Shown: positions 37,761 to 50,197 of the stretch, piece after piece
How the letters are laid out: every line of letters starts with the position of its first letter
Numbering within the stretch: position 1 is the stretch's first letter
Source of the DNA: Octopus bimaculoides
Taxonomy: Eukaryota
Reading direction: 5' to 3'
NCBI RefSeq assembly: GCF_001194135.2
Contig: NC_069004.1
Location: 16,344,652-16,408,651, forward strand
Length of the DNA stretch: 64,000 nucleotides
Translations under genes and position numbers: made by a program
The notes under the pieces: generated by a model
Told to the model about the DNA's origin: nothing
What the model saw: only the letters and a program-made list of their open reading frames with translations
The model's database searches: none

Positions 37761-38394
37761 ATCAACACTAGGTGAACTTAGATCACCAAAGATGTTTTTG
37801 CTGGATTTTTAGGAATAAATTATGAGAGTTAAGAAATGGGAATAATGGACAGAAGTTTAAAGTGATGTTATTTTTGTCTTTACTGTGTGAACATAGTAAA
37901 ATAGTACATTTTGTGAGTACAAATTCAAAACTGAAATGCTGCTAGAACTTGGGCCATACCTCAATGGAAGCAGACAGTGCAAACTTTATTTGGCCAATGA
38001 TTCTAAACAATACGCACAATCCAGCAATCCAGGTGCCTTCGTGATTTCAGAAAGTGAAATTTTTAGCCAACAGCCTTATGATAAACTTTGTTTTGGAAAC
38101 AGTTTCCCCCATTTGTGGACGAGAGAAAGAAGAAATTTAAACCCCCATTTCAGAACCTTTGGTAACCATTCAAGGGAAGATAACTTTTTCATTCCGGGTT
38201 TTTTTTTTTGCACCACTAGGCTGACTAAAACACTATATTTTATACCTCCATTAGTAAACAAACTATGTGCTTCTGGTGAATAGGTTTGATGAGTTGCCTA
38301 TATTGCCAAGTGCAACAGTAGGCATGAAACCTGTGGTAACTTTCTAACTGGTTATATGCCATAACTAAGTATATACCACTTGATTAGTCAGTAT

Positions 38395-38528
38395 TAGAAA
38401 GAGCATCCAGCCGTAAAAGCCATGCCAAAACAGACAGTGAAGCATGGTGCAGTGTTCTGGCTTGCCAGCTCCTGTCAAACCATCCAACCCATGCCAGCAT
38501 GAAAAGTGGACATTAAATGATGATGATA
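38395..38528 (+). mobile_element. RTE 3' end
   Basis: gagcatccagccgtaaaagccatgccaaaac..catccaacccatgccagcatgaaaagtggacattaaatgatgatgat. Confidence 0.75.
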
Positions 38529-38576
38529 TAATTTGTATATTTGTATCATAGTTTCTCTCTTTCTTTTTCTCTCTCT

Positions 38577-38666
<90 letters not shown>

Positions 38667-40849
38667 AGAGAGAGATAGAGATAGATGGATAGATAGATAA
38701 GTAGGTAGGTAGGTAGGTAGGTAGGTAGGTAGGTAGGTAGGCATGTATGTATGTATGTCTGTACACACACACACACTTACATACACACACTTATGCAAAC
38801 ATACTCCCTTGATTACTAAACAAATTTATAACTATACTCTTATTTGTAACTCAAGAATATTTTGATTTCATCTCATCTCTTCATATTACATTTCATTTCA
38901 TATTATTTTATTTCATTGTACATATCCCTGGTTTTTAACTTACACAGTTACTTCTCCAGGACTCCACAGTTGAATGTCAACTTTTAAAACTTTACAAGGC
39001 ATCTAGAGCAATCAGCAGAATTTTAAATAGCTCTAGCATTCTGTGGACCAAAGTTCACATTGCTATTTTGTCCTGTATGTACATTATAATAAAATAATTA
39101 CTCACAGCAGCCAGTTATCTCAAAAGCCAGTTTTCAGATATTGTTTATTCCTTTGGAGATGAAGCTACCTGAAGCCACCTCCATTTCTATTTTAAACACT
39201 CCTATTTTAAAATATTTATATTTAACTGAAAACCTTCCATTATAATTTCATATAAAGATGTTTTGCTTTTTGTTTAATTATTTTCCAGACACCAACTTCA
39301 TAATGAATAAGCTGTTTTACTAAATACTGATTATTTTCAATTTATTGAAACATACATGTCCTAATATATTCCATAAGAAATATGATCATCCAGAAGTGTT
39401 TAGATTTATTGATAATGTATCATTGATATACTATGACAATACATTTGTAAATTTGTCTAATTTTATTTAGCCAGCTAAATCATCATCATCATCATGTTTC
39501 ATGTTCACTTTTCCATTCTTGCATGGGTTGGTGTGTCCTCTTCAACACAGTCTCTTGCCACTTGTTGCATTCTTTTGTAACCTACTTTGTGAGTTTAGTA
39601 TCCTGAGATTAGTTCTTGCTTTCTTTGTTTTTCCTTTCACTTAGTGCTGTACAAGAAGAATCCAGTTGTTTAACCCTTTAGCATTCAGATTACTTTGTCA
39701 AATGTAATGCATATTTATTCACAGTCTTTAAAGTTAATCCTGTATTATAAATAAGGGTGTCCAGCCAAAGAATACTACCTCAAGAAGTTTCATCCAACTC
39801 ATACCTGCTTAGAAAAAGCATGCTTGAAAATGGGGACTATTATAAAAACCATGAATCCAAGGACACTGGTGGTGATCTGCAATAGCAGCAGTTGGTCAAC
39901 AGAAGTCTTCAGTATACATTCATTTGCCAGGAGGAGTCTAATGTTTCAGGTTGTGTCCTTCATCTGAGAACCAGGAAAGAAGGGGAAAATGGCATTGTTG
40001 CATTGGCTACACAATACTTGAAAGTTTTTGATTTTAATCATGGATCTACTACTTCAGGGCTGACTTGACTTCAACTAGAACAACAACAACTTAAGACATA
40101 TTTTAATGATTGAATTACTGAGAAAAATTGTGCAGGGAGAACAATGATCAAACTAGAGTTATCATATTTAATGTAATGAGCTACTTTGAAATAAGTATGC
40201 AAGAAATGACAATATTCATCAGTATTTGATATCATTTTAATCATATTGTTATTTGAATGTTTTTTTCTAATTAGCTTTCCAATGCTAGCTGTATTCAATG
40301 TGGTAACACAAACTGAACTGCAGATATAAGTAGTCGTTTTTCAGGACAGCTGATTTCTAGTATTAAATATACAATTATGTTTTTAGTTATATAATACTTT
40401 TAATGGGCAATTAATTAATGTAGAATGGTTGGTCTTTGCAACTATAGAATTGTTGAAGAAGATTTGCACATACACCTTTCTATTTGTAATTGATGCTTCA
40501 TTGGCACTCTAACAATTAATAAGACATTCAACATTGTAATGACTCTTGTTATGTTAGTCGTATTCTTGCTCACATTTTGATAACTATCTTTTGCTATGTT
40601 TCTGGGAAGTAATTGAATCTTGATGATTTGTAAATATGACAAAACTAGTGAGTTTGAGCATCACTTTGGCAGAGTCATTAAAGCTTGATAGAAAACCATC
40701 ATCACTTTTTACCATCCTCCTCTTCTTCATTATCTTCATCATTTTAATGTCTGAATTTCCATCCTTGCAATGGTCATGTTGAGGCAGATTTTCTACTGAT
40801 GTATGTTCTTCTTTTTGCCAACCTTCATCTGTTTCCAAGTAAGGTAATA

Positions 40850-41294
40850 ACCCTCGCACAAAGAAATTCTGCTTGTTCTCGATATGAAAAGGATTGCTTG
40901 TAATTTTCTTACAAAAATGGACTGTGAAGAGTAGAAATATGAACTTAGGTTTGTAGCTGATGTTTTTGAAAAGTTGAATGAGCTAAATGTGAGTGAAATT
41001 GCAAAGAAAGGAACTTTTGGTTCATGAAATATATAAGCATGTTTAATCTTTTCAAGCAAAATTATCCTTGTTTTCAAGGCAAGCAAGTGATGACAAGTTC
41101 ACCCATTTCTCATTGTTGGGAAAGAAGAAAGTACCTGCAAATGTGTGTTCAAAAAGTAAAGATCAGTTGAGAAGTTTGACTGAAGAATTTGAAAAATTTA
41201 AGGATTTCAAACAGATTGAGCTTAAACTTGACTTATTAGCTTCTCCTTTCTCTGCTGATGTTGATGCAGCACCTCATGAATTACAGCTTCAATT
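40850..41294 (+). mobile_element. hAT (Charlie/SPIN, GTF2IRD2-like) transposase fragment
   Basis: ELRFVADVFEKLNELN..LQRKELLVHEIYKHV*SFQAKLSLF..FTHF..L..LTEEFEKFKDFK..L..PFSADVDAAPHELQLQL. Confidence 0.75.
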
Positions 41295-42348
41295 ACAAGG
41301 CGAAAGGTAGACTGTATGATGTATGTGTGCGAACTGCTATGCTACATGGCAGTGAAACATGGGCCATGAATGCTGAGGATATGCATAGGCGTGAAAGAAA
41401 TGAAACTAGTATGATCTGCTGGATGTGTAATGTCAGTGTGCATACATGACAGAGTGTAAGCACCTTGACAGAAAAGTTGGGCATAAGAAGCATCAAATAT
41501 GGTGTGCAAGAAGCATTAGTTGTGGTGTGCAAGAGAGACAACTACGCTGATATGGTCATGTGTTGCATATGGATGAGGACAGCTGTGTAAAAAAGAGTCA
41601 CACCCTAGCAGTAGAGGGAACCTGTGGAAGAGGTAGACCCAGGAAGATATGAGATGAGGTGGTAAAGCACGACGTTTAAACGTTGGGCCTCATGGAGGCG
41701 ATGACAAGTGACCGACACCTTTGGAGATATGCTGTGCTTGAGAAGACCCGGCAAGCCAAGTGAGACCGTGACCGTGGTCTATGCCAGTGCAGCATAACCA
41801 GCCCATTTAAGAGTACCCTTCAATGATTGGGTAATAAACTGCACTTGTGAAGACCCATTGAGTCAAGTGAAGTCATTATCGTGGCCGATGACAGTACCGC
41901 CTGATTGGTACCTGTGCTGGTGGCAAGTAAAATGCACCATTCAAGCATGGTTGGTCCCAGTGCCACCCAACTGGTCCTGTGCCAGTGGCATGTAAAATGC
42001 ACCATTCGAGTGTGACCATTACCAGTGCTGGCTGACTGGTCCCGTGCCACTGGCATGTAAAATGCACCATTTGAGTGTGTTCGTTGCCAGTGCCACCTGA
42101 CTGGCTACTGTGCCAGTGGCACATAGAAAGCACCTTTCAAGCGTGGTCGATGCCAGTACTGCCAGACTGGCCCTTGTGCCGGTGGCACATAAAAAGTACC
42201 CCCTACACTCTCAGAGTGGTTGGCATTAGAAACTTTGCCAGATCAGATTGGAGCCTGGAGCAGCCTTCTGGCTTGCCAGCCCTCAGTCAAACCATCCAAC
42301 CCATGCCAGCATGGAAAATGGAAGTTAAACGACGATAATGATGATGAT
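41295..42348 (+). mobile_element. RTE LINE 3' fragment (C-terminus, repeat-rich 3' UTR, (GAT)n tail)
   Basis: KGRLYDVCVRTAMLHGSETW..RRERNETSMICWMCNV..RRQLRWYGHV..GTCGRGRPRK; ~42-nt UTR repeats at 41880-42200. Confidence 0.9.
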
Positions 42349-42354
42349 ATTTAC

Positions 42355-42403
<49 letters not shown>

Positions 42404-42768
42404 CACATGCATATATTTACATATTTACATTTGAGACAGTATGATGACAAAAAATAATCCTCCATACTCTATCAACATGCCAAGGACCAACTTGGAGACA
42501 ATCTGGGTCAACTTGACAGCTGCATTTTAGCCAAGCACCCAAAGGACCTAGTCCTCAGACAAATACAAGAGTACATCCTCATAAATTAAACATCCCCTGT
42601 ACTAAATAGGAAATATACATAGTAGGTAATCATACTCCCATACCCACAGTTTATATTTATATACAAGTAGAATAGTTAGTGGGCTATTATGTAGATGTAT
42701 GTATGTGTGTGTGTATATGTAAATGCACATGTATGTAAGCAAATATATATGAAATATATAAAATGTAG

Positions 42769-43480
42769 GTTCTATTTGTGATCTTGGGAGGGGGGCAAAA
42801 ATGTAACAAATATTTAGTCATATGTGGACATGATCCAAAAAGTTCAGTTCTTGAATTTAGACATGTTGCTTTTCCAGATGAGTCATCTTTCCATATCACA
42901 AAGACCGCACTTTCCACTGCCGTTGGTGTAAGGCTTACACTTGGCTAAGATCTTTCAATGGATGTTGTAATTGACACCTTATTCTTTTCAGAACCATATA
43001 TGAAAGGGTGTCAGTACAACATCCATTGGAAGATCTTAGCCAAGTGTAAGCCTTACACCAATGGCAGTGGAAAGTGCAGTCTTTGTGATATTGAAAGATG
43101 GCTCATCTGGAAAAGCAGCTCAGGCCCCACTACATGTCTAAATTCAAGAACTGAACTTTTTGGATCATGTCCACATATGACTAAATATTTGTTATGTTTT
43201 TGGTCTCCCCAACATCACAGATAGAACATGTGTGAGTGAGCATATGCATATAGGCACATGTATGTGCGGGTGCATGCGCACATGTGTATGTATCTACATG
43301 CACACATACGCGAATTCTATGAGCGTTTTTTACTTTCTCCCCTTTGGGTTTTTCCCTTTATTTAACGGTCATTCTAATAGCTCTTACTAATGCTCATTTA
43401 CATAGTAATTTCCCTTTGTTTGACAGTCATTTGCATAGCATTTTTGTTTGTCTTAATAACTGACGAGATGCCAGAGCACA
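42769..43480 (+). mobile_element. Penelope-like element 3' end with inverted 5' duplication (459-bp palindrome) and truncated hammerhead
   Basis: ORF 42958..43224 (WKILAKCKPYTNGSGKCSLC..E..LNSRTELFGSCPHMTKYLL) matches the PLE GIY-YIG-region C-terminus; mirrored on the minus strand (42687..42917). The 43300-43480 UTR is homologous to 58240-58430 and ends aataaCTGACGAgatgccag. Confidence 0.8.
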
Positions 43481-43867
43481 CATCACATTTGTACTCTAGG
43501 TATAACAGTTGGGAACTGATGTGATCTACCAGTGTGAATATTTTCATGCATCACAGGAAGGGTGCTGTTAGGTCCCACTCAAAGGTTTTTGCCCATGCGG
43601 CATTAATTTTGACAGGGAAAAAATTAAGTCGGATACATTTAGAATGCTCCTCGTAAATGTTTAAGTGAAGTTGACAGTCTTTGAGTGTTTCTGAATGACT
43701 AACTTATGTTTTCCATGCTGCAATCATTAACAAAATAGATTCAGGTTTATTTTATTATTGAACATTTCACCTACACACTTATCAGGAAACTAATTTTTAT
43801 TCACTGCACTGTACATTTTTTTAATGTCTTACTTTTGAATACCTTTTTTTCTACTGTTTCCTTATAA

Positions 43868-44020
<153 letters not shown>

Positions 44021-44349
44021 CACCTCTAGTCCTATTAGTCTTTCTTTTTTTTTCCACTCTCACTCTTATCCTCATCCTTTCTTATTCAACAGCTTTCTCC
44101 CTTTGGACTTTGTTTCTTCTGTCTCACATTATATCTTGTTATATTATTTAATACTTTTCATCTTTTCCTTGTACATTCAGTTACTTTCACTTCCTTTCAG
44201 TGCAACACACTCTTTCTCTCTCTTTCTCTCTCTTTCTCTTTTCCTCTCCCCCTCTACACCCTCTTTTTCTCCCTCTCTCACCTTGATTCAATCATTTTCA
44301 TTAAAAATAAGTGATTACTAAGTTTTCTCTTTGAAATACTTTGAGTATA

Positions 44350-45254
44350 TGTGGTGGTATCAAAATGTTCCTGGACTAGTTCTGTAGCATGCCAACAGAT
44401 GGCAGCATACGGTTGTGTGCAAAGTGAAAGCTAGCAGTGACTTTCATGAGGCAGTTTGCTGAATAAAATCACTGTGTTTACTTTGCAAGTTGGAAAATTT
44501 GTGTTTTTGTGATCACACATATGTTGTAGTCAGTGATTTTGTTATGGACGTGAAATTTTACATTAAACTTGAGAAGTCTGCTACAGAGACACTGATCATG
44601 CTTTGGCAAGCTTACGGCAATGAGACAATGCATTGTATGCATTGTTTCGAGTGGTGTAGGTGCTTCAGAAGTGGAAAAATGTCCCTGGAAGATGGTGAGT
44701 GATCTGGAAGACCTGCCACGAGTGTCACCCCTTGAAAATGTGGTATTGTGCATCAAGAATTCATACCCCCAGGGCCAGACCATCAATCGAGGGTTCTACT
44801 GCGACATTTTGAAGTATCTGAGGGAAGACATTCAGCAAAAGCAACCAGATCTGTGGAGCATGAAGAATTCAGTTCTTCATGACGACAATGCACTCTGTCA
44901 CCGAGCTCTCCTCACTTGTGAGCTTCTCACCAAAAACAACATGGTATCACTTCTGCACTAGCCCTATTTGACAGATTTAGCACCTGTAGACTTTCATCTC
45001 TTCCCCAAAATTAAAATGAAGGCCAAAGGTCACCGTTTGAACACCATTGTTGAGATCAAGAGTGAATTGCAGAAAGTAATTCACTCACTTACAGAAAATA
45101 ACTTTCAGGCTGGATTCCAAAAGTGGCAGGAATGCTGGAACCAGTGTATTCTTGTGCAAAGTGACTATTTCAAAGAAAATGATGTTAAAACTTGGGTAAA
45201 TAAGTTATTTTTTATTAAACATAACTAGTCCGGGAACCTTTTGATACCATCTCA
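44350..45254 (+). mobile_element. Internally deleted mariner transposon (905 bp) with intact TIRs
   Basis: TIRs tgtggtggtatcaaaatgttcctggactagtt / aactagtccgggaaccttttgataccatctca with TA flanks. Transposase traces KFYIKLEKSATET..EWCRCFRSG..LEDGERSGRP, jump near 44730 to PQGQTIN..LHDDNA..PYLTDLAPVDFHLFPKIK..FQKWQECW..C..GDYF-like end. Confidence 0.93.
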
Positions 45255-46119
45255 TATTTATGAAAATTTTTCAACTGTATTTGTTGTATCAAAATTACTT
45301 AGAAATTTTTCATTAGTGCTTTTTTATATATATTGCCAGATATGGACATCACAGCACTTTCATACAAGCAAACGTATCATGATGAGCTTATTGTATACAG
45401 TGCTCAGGCTCACAATAACCCATTGCAACAAAAGTGGGATAGAGTATAGCAATAAGTCAAGTAAGGAAATACAGCAATGATAGTCAAAAATATGTGTGTA
45501 GTACACAAGATGATTCAAAAGTAAACAGTAAAAGAGTCATAAAAGGGAAAGAGTACTTAGATATGTCAAGAGTAGTGTTGACAAATTTTAGATAGCTTAT
45601 TCCATGCTTTGTTACTTCCAAGCATGAAAAAGTGATTCTGAAAGTCATGGGTACTGCACTGTTTTTTGATTTTACAAGGGTATCCATATGATGGCCACTG
45701 AAGTGTTTTGAACATATTTTTACTTTAATGTTCATTGTTTTGATATTCAAACCAGAGGTGGGGTGTCAGATTTCTGAAACCTCTCTATGAATAGCTGTTT
45801 CTTTTCATCAACAGTGATAAAGTAACATACACAGGTCAAGCATTGAAAGAGCCAATTTAGTAGTTGGAACATTTCATAGAGTCATTTCACCATTGCGTCA
45901 TAAGTGTACCTTGTTTTTTTGGCCTGGGATTTAGAAATTAGTGAAACATTGAAATTAGATAGAAATATGACATTTCCCACATTCAACCCATCAGTTTTGT
46001 AAAGAGTTCTCAGTGTTTGTACATATAAGGCAGTGTTCTATTTTAGAATAGCAACTAGTTTTGTTGCATACTTCACCCATACATGAAACCATGACAATAT
46101 TGTCCTGCCTGTGCAAAGG

Positions 46120-46335
46120 TAATGAATGAGCTGACAGAATCATTAGTATGCTGGGCAAAATGCTTAGCGGCATTTCACCCATCTTCACATTCTGAGTTCA
46201 AATTCCACTGAGATCAACATTGCCTTTCATCCTTTTCGGGCTGATAAAATAAGTACCAGTAATGGGGTTGATGTAATCAAATCGACCCTTCCTCGCCGAA
46301 ATTGCTGGTCTTGTCCTAAAATTTGAAATCAATAT
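46120..46335 (+). mobile_element. SINE family B
   Basis: gagctgacagaatcattag..gagttcaaattcc..gcctttcatcc..gataaaataagtaccag..aaatttgaaatc. Confidence 0.85.
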
Positions 46336-46770
46336 TGTTCTGTCTGTCTCTCCATGCAACTAAAAAAGAAAAAGTCTGAATACAGAACACTTGTTAAATA
46401 GAGTAAATATAATGGAGTAATTTTCTGAGTATTGTATATCATTATATGCAGACAAATCTGCCTATATCCATGTATTTTTCAAGGAAAAATGTGGTATGTA
46501 CTGCCATCACACACACATTTATGGTCACATATACAAATATAAACACATATACATGTGATTGTGTGTGTGTGTGTGTGTGCGTGAGTGTGTGTGTGTGTGT
46601 GTTTGTATAGGAGAATGCACATACATATTGAATGTGATACTCCGGCACGGCCTTGGTCCTGATGGCTAAGCTAAAATGTCTATGTATACTATTTAACAAA
46701 TGTTGCAAAAAGTCAGATCACACATTCATTAAGTCTGGATCCATAGCTAACATTGTTTGTCTCATTTCAG

Positions 46771-46909
46771 ATTATTCCTCTCACCACATATACGATAGTG
46801 TCCCCTGGTGCTCTGTAGAGACACCAGATCCTTGTAAAGCCGTTATGAGTGACTTTCCTTCACTCTTATCACGAAAAGGAAAAATTGATGAGAAATCACA
46901 AGTGCAGTT
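46771..46909 (+). CDS. Candidate internal coding exon (139 nt, phase 1 to 2) of an unidentified host gene
   Basis: ttgtctcatttcag acceptor, cagtt|gtaagt donor; only one frame is open: (D)YSSHHIYDSVPWCSVETPDPCKAVMSDFPSLLSRKGKIDEKSQVQ; non-repetitive sequence. Confidence 0.45.
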
Positions 46910-47622
46910 GTAAGTAGCCCATTGTCTTTTATTTATTTTTTGTTGTTTATTTTTCTTATTATTTTCATAAAGTAATTATCAAAAAATATCTATTAAGATA
47001 TATATGTACATAAATGAAATGTATATAGACCTAATATTGTAATTTCTCTAACACACACACACACAGACTCTCTATCTGTCTGTCTGTCTGTCTGTCTCTC
47101 TTCTAGATGTATGTGATGTACACATCTAGTAGCCTTAAAATATTTGTGACACTATTTGTGTTCATGTGTGAATATGTGTATGTATATTATATATATAAGT
47201 AGTAGAAAAACTATGTTCAAAAAATCAAGCAGCATTTACAGTAAGCTCCTCGATTTGGAATTGGCTATCAGGGTGGGTATGTGTGTGTATTTGTTTGTAT
47301 ATATAATTCATATATTTATATATAAATATGTGTATGTATGTATGTATGTACGTATATATGTATGTATGTATAGGGGAAAAAAAAAACTACATGTACTCAC
47401 TGTAAAAATCAAAATGCATTGCATCTTACTTCTTCCTTCTCAATTTTTCTCATCAAATGCTATTGATGCAAAGATTGTTTACTTGTTAACAGTCTAAGTG
47501 TAATGTTTTCTCTTGCTTCTTTGCTAATGAACATTGGATATTTTCTAATGGATGGTTCTTAAGAGAATTCCATGATGTTCACCAAAGTTCTTTCCACTAA
47601 ACTAACCATGTTTGAATGCATC

Positions 47623-47816
47623 TTGTTAAGTGTGTCTTACTGAGTGTGTCATATTTGGTGTCGTGCTGAGTGGGTCTTGTGGAGTGTGCCTCACTGAATG
47701 TACTTTGCTGAGTATGTTTTGTGGAGTACATCTTGTTGAGAGTCGTGTTGAGTGTGCCTTGCTGAGGGTGGCATGTTGAGTATGGCTTTTGGAGTGTATT
47801 GTGTTGAGTGTGTGTG
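47623..47816. repeat. Degenerate 14-bp minisatellite (ttgctgagtgtgtc-like, ~14 units)
   Basis: Direct reading of the periodicity. Confidence 0.8.
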
Positions 47817-49734
47817 TTTTAATTCAATACACATAACTCCTTTTCTTGGTTTTAATGAACTTGATGACTCCAGTGACTAAGTGTGATTGCATATCATATA
47901 TAATACATATTCTATATTGAATATCACATAATATTGAACATTCTATATTAGATATCACATATAATATTACATACTGTATATTACATACTGTATATTACAT
48001 ATAATGTTCATTGAAACTCTTTTAGCTAACAAATAAGCAAGTATGTTGTTTTTACTGTTTAACTCCACCTCAGCCTTGATCAAGCAGACTTATGATTGTA
48101 GGCATTCCAGTTATGACCATTCCATTTTGTGTCTGTCAGTCTGTTCCCCAGTCTCAATTATCCATTGTTCTTTCTTTAAGGCAGTGACATGTCATTTGAG
48201 AGAGATTTGGCTGTTATTTCTAGCAAGTCAGTGACCGTATACAAACACTCCTTGGCTGCCAAGTTTTTTCTAGTATGATGAATAAATAACAGATTGTTCT
48301 TGTCAAGGTGTGGGAATCATTTTCCTGTTATCTACTTATATGATGAGAAGCAACTCCAAAGCCACAGTGACAAGTATTTAGCCACTTCTCTCTCCCCCGT
48401 CAGTCTCTGCTTCTTTCTCTCTCTCGCTCCTTCTCTCTATCTATCACACACACACACACACACTGACCACATACTTTGAATGTGCAACATTATACAGTAA
48501 AGACTGAATGGTAATGGTTGAAACACTGATGGCTGACATTACACAGGACACCATATATATGTAAAGTGGATAAATAATATATAAGCAAAACAAGAAGGAT
48601 CATAAGATAAGAAGGAGGCGAACAAACAATATATAAAGTTAGACAAGCAAAACATGATGGAACAACCATAGAAAAATAAACAAAACTATGACAATCAAGA
48701 AATGTGTACAATTAAAACTAATGCCAAATGGAAAGAAATGAAAGAGGATCTGACAGTTATACAGTTTATCAAAGAATAGGGAAAATTTCAATAGGAGAAG
48801 AAATGGGAATATTATGATTATGTCTGTTCACATTGCAGGCATGGTGTAAAAAAGAAGTGAGCTCATATGACTGGAAGTAGAAGCACAATTTGGGTGATAG
48901 GTAGAGAGAGAAAGAGAGAGCAAGAAGAGCAAGAGAGGAGAAGGTGAGAGGAATAGGGGAAGTATATAAATGTTGGTGAGCATGTATGATATAGTTAAAT
49001 GGACAATGGAGTCATCCGTTGGTATCAGGAAAGGCATCCATTTACAGAAACCATGTTAAAAATAAATTGCATCAACAAAATGTGGTCCTTTGACCCATCT
49101 TAGAAAGCAGTAACTCTAAGTCAGAACTGACTCTGAACATGATCTATCCAGTTCATGTCAGTATAGAAAGTTGACATAAAAATGATGATAAATCCTCATC
49201 ATTTAACAAACATCTCCCAGCTTGGCATGGAGTGAATGGTTTAAACAGGGTCTGGTAAGTCAGAGAACTGCATTAGACGTTCATGACTACTTTGGCATGG
49301 AGTATAGTGGTTGCTTTTCTCACAGTATCTGCCTTAGTGATGTTGCCATGTAACTCACAAGACCAAAAAGCCTCCTTGACTGAGTGGGATTGTAGAAGAG
49401 AAGGAAGTGACTTTATGCAATGAGAATCTGCTCTACCCTGACCCCTTTTACTTTAACCCCCATCTAACATATGGATGTAACATCTTTCCTTCCTAAGTTC
49501 GTTGACTTTGCAAGCTACATGGTGATGTTAATAGTGATGGTGGCATGAAAATAGCAGCCAGTCAGTCCACACTGTAAAGTGGTTGGCTTTAGGAAGAGCA
49601 ACTGTGCTTAAGCAGACACGGGAGCACAATGCAGTCCTTCAACTCATCGGAACCTTGTCAAACTTTTCAATCCATGTAAGCATGGAACATGGACATTACA
49701 TAATGATGATGGCAATAATGATAATCATATAAAT

Positions 49735-49900
49735 GCACAGGCATGGCCATATGACTAGGAAATTTGCTTCTCAAACACTTGGTTTCAAGTTCAATCTCTC
49801 ACTGTTTAGCACCTTGAGTGTTTTCTACTGTGACCTTGGGCTGACAAATGCCTTGTGAGTGAATCTGGTAGACAAAAACTATACAAAGCCCATTATGTGT
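49735..49900 (+). mobile_element. SINE family A 5' part
   Basis: gcacaggcatggcc..tttgcttctcaaacacttggtttcaagttcaatc..gccttgtgagtgaatctggtagacaaaaact. Confidence 0.7.
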
Positions 49901-50156
49901 GTATTTTTGTGAACATTTACCCTGCACTTCACTTGAAAATGCACTGAATTTCAAACAGTGATGTTTGTTGACATTCCTTGTTAAATCTCTTCTAACTTTG
50001 TGCTTTTGAAGGGGAATTGAATGAAAAGTTCTTTACTTGAAGAACAGGTTGGGGTTAGCAACAAGAAGGGAATCCAGCTACAAGACAATAAGTATTTGTC
50101 TAACTCGTGCTAACATATGATAATGGAGGAAAAACAAGTGAACACACGTGCACACA

Positions 50157-50197
<41 letters not shown>

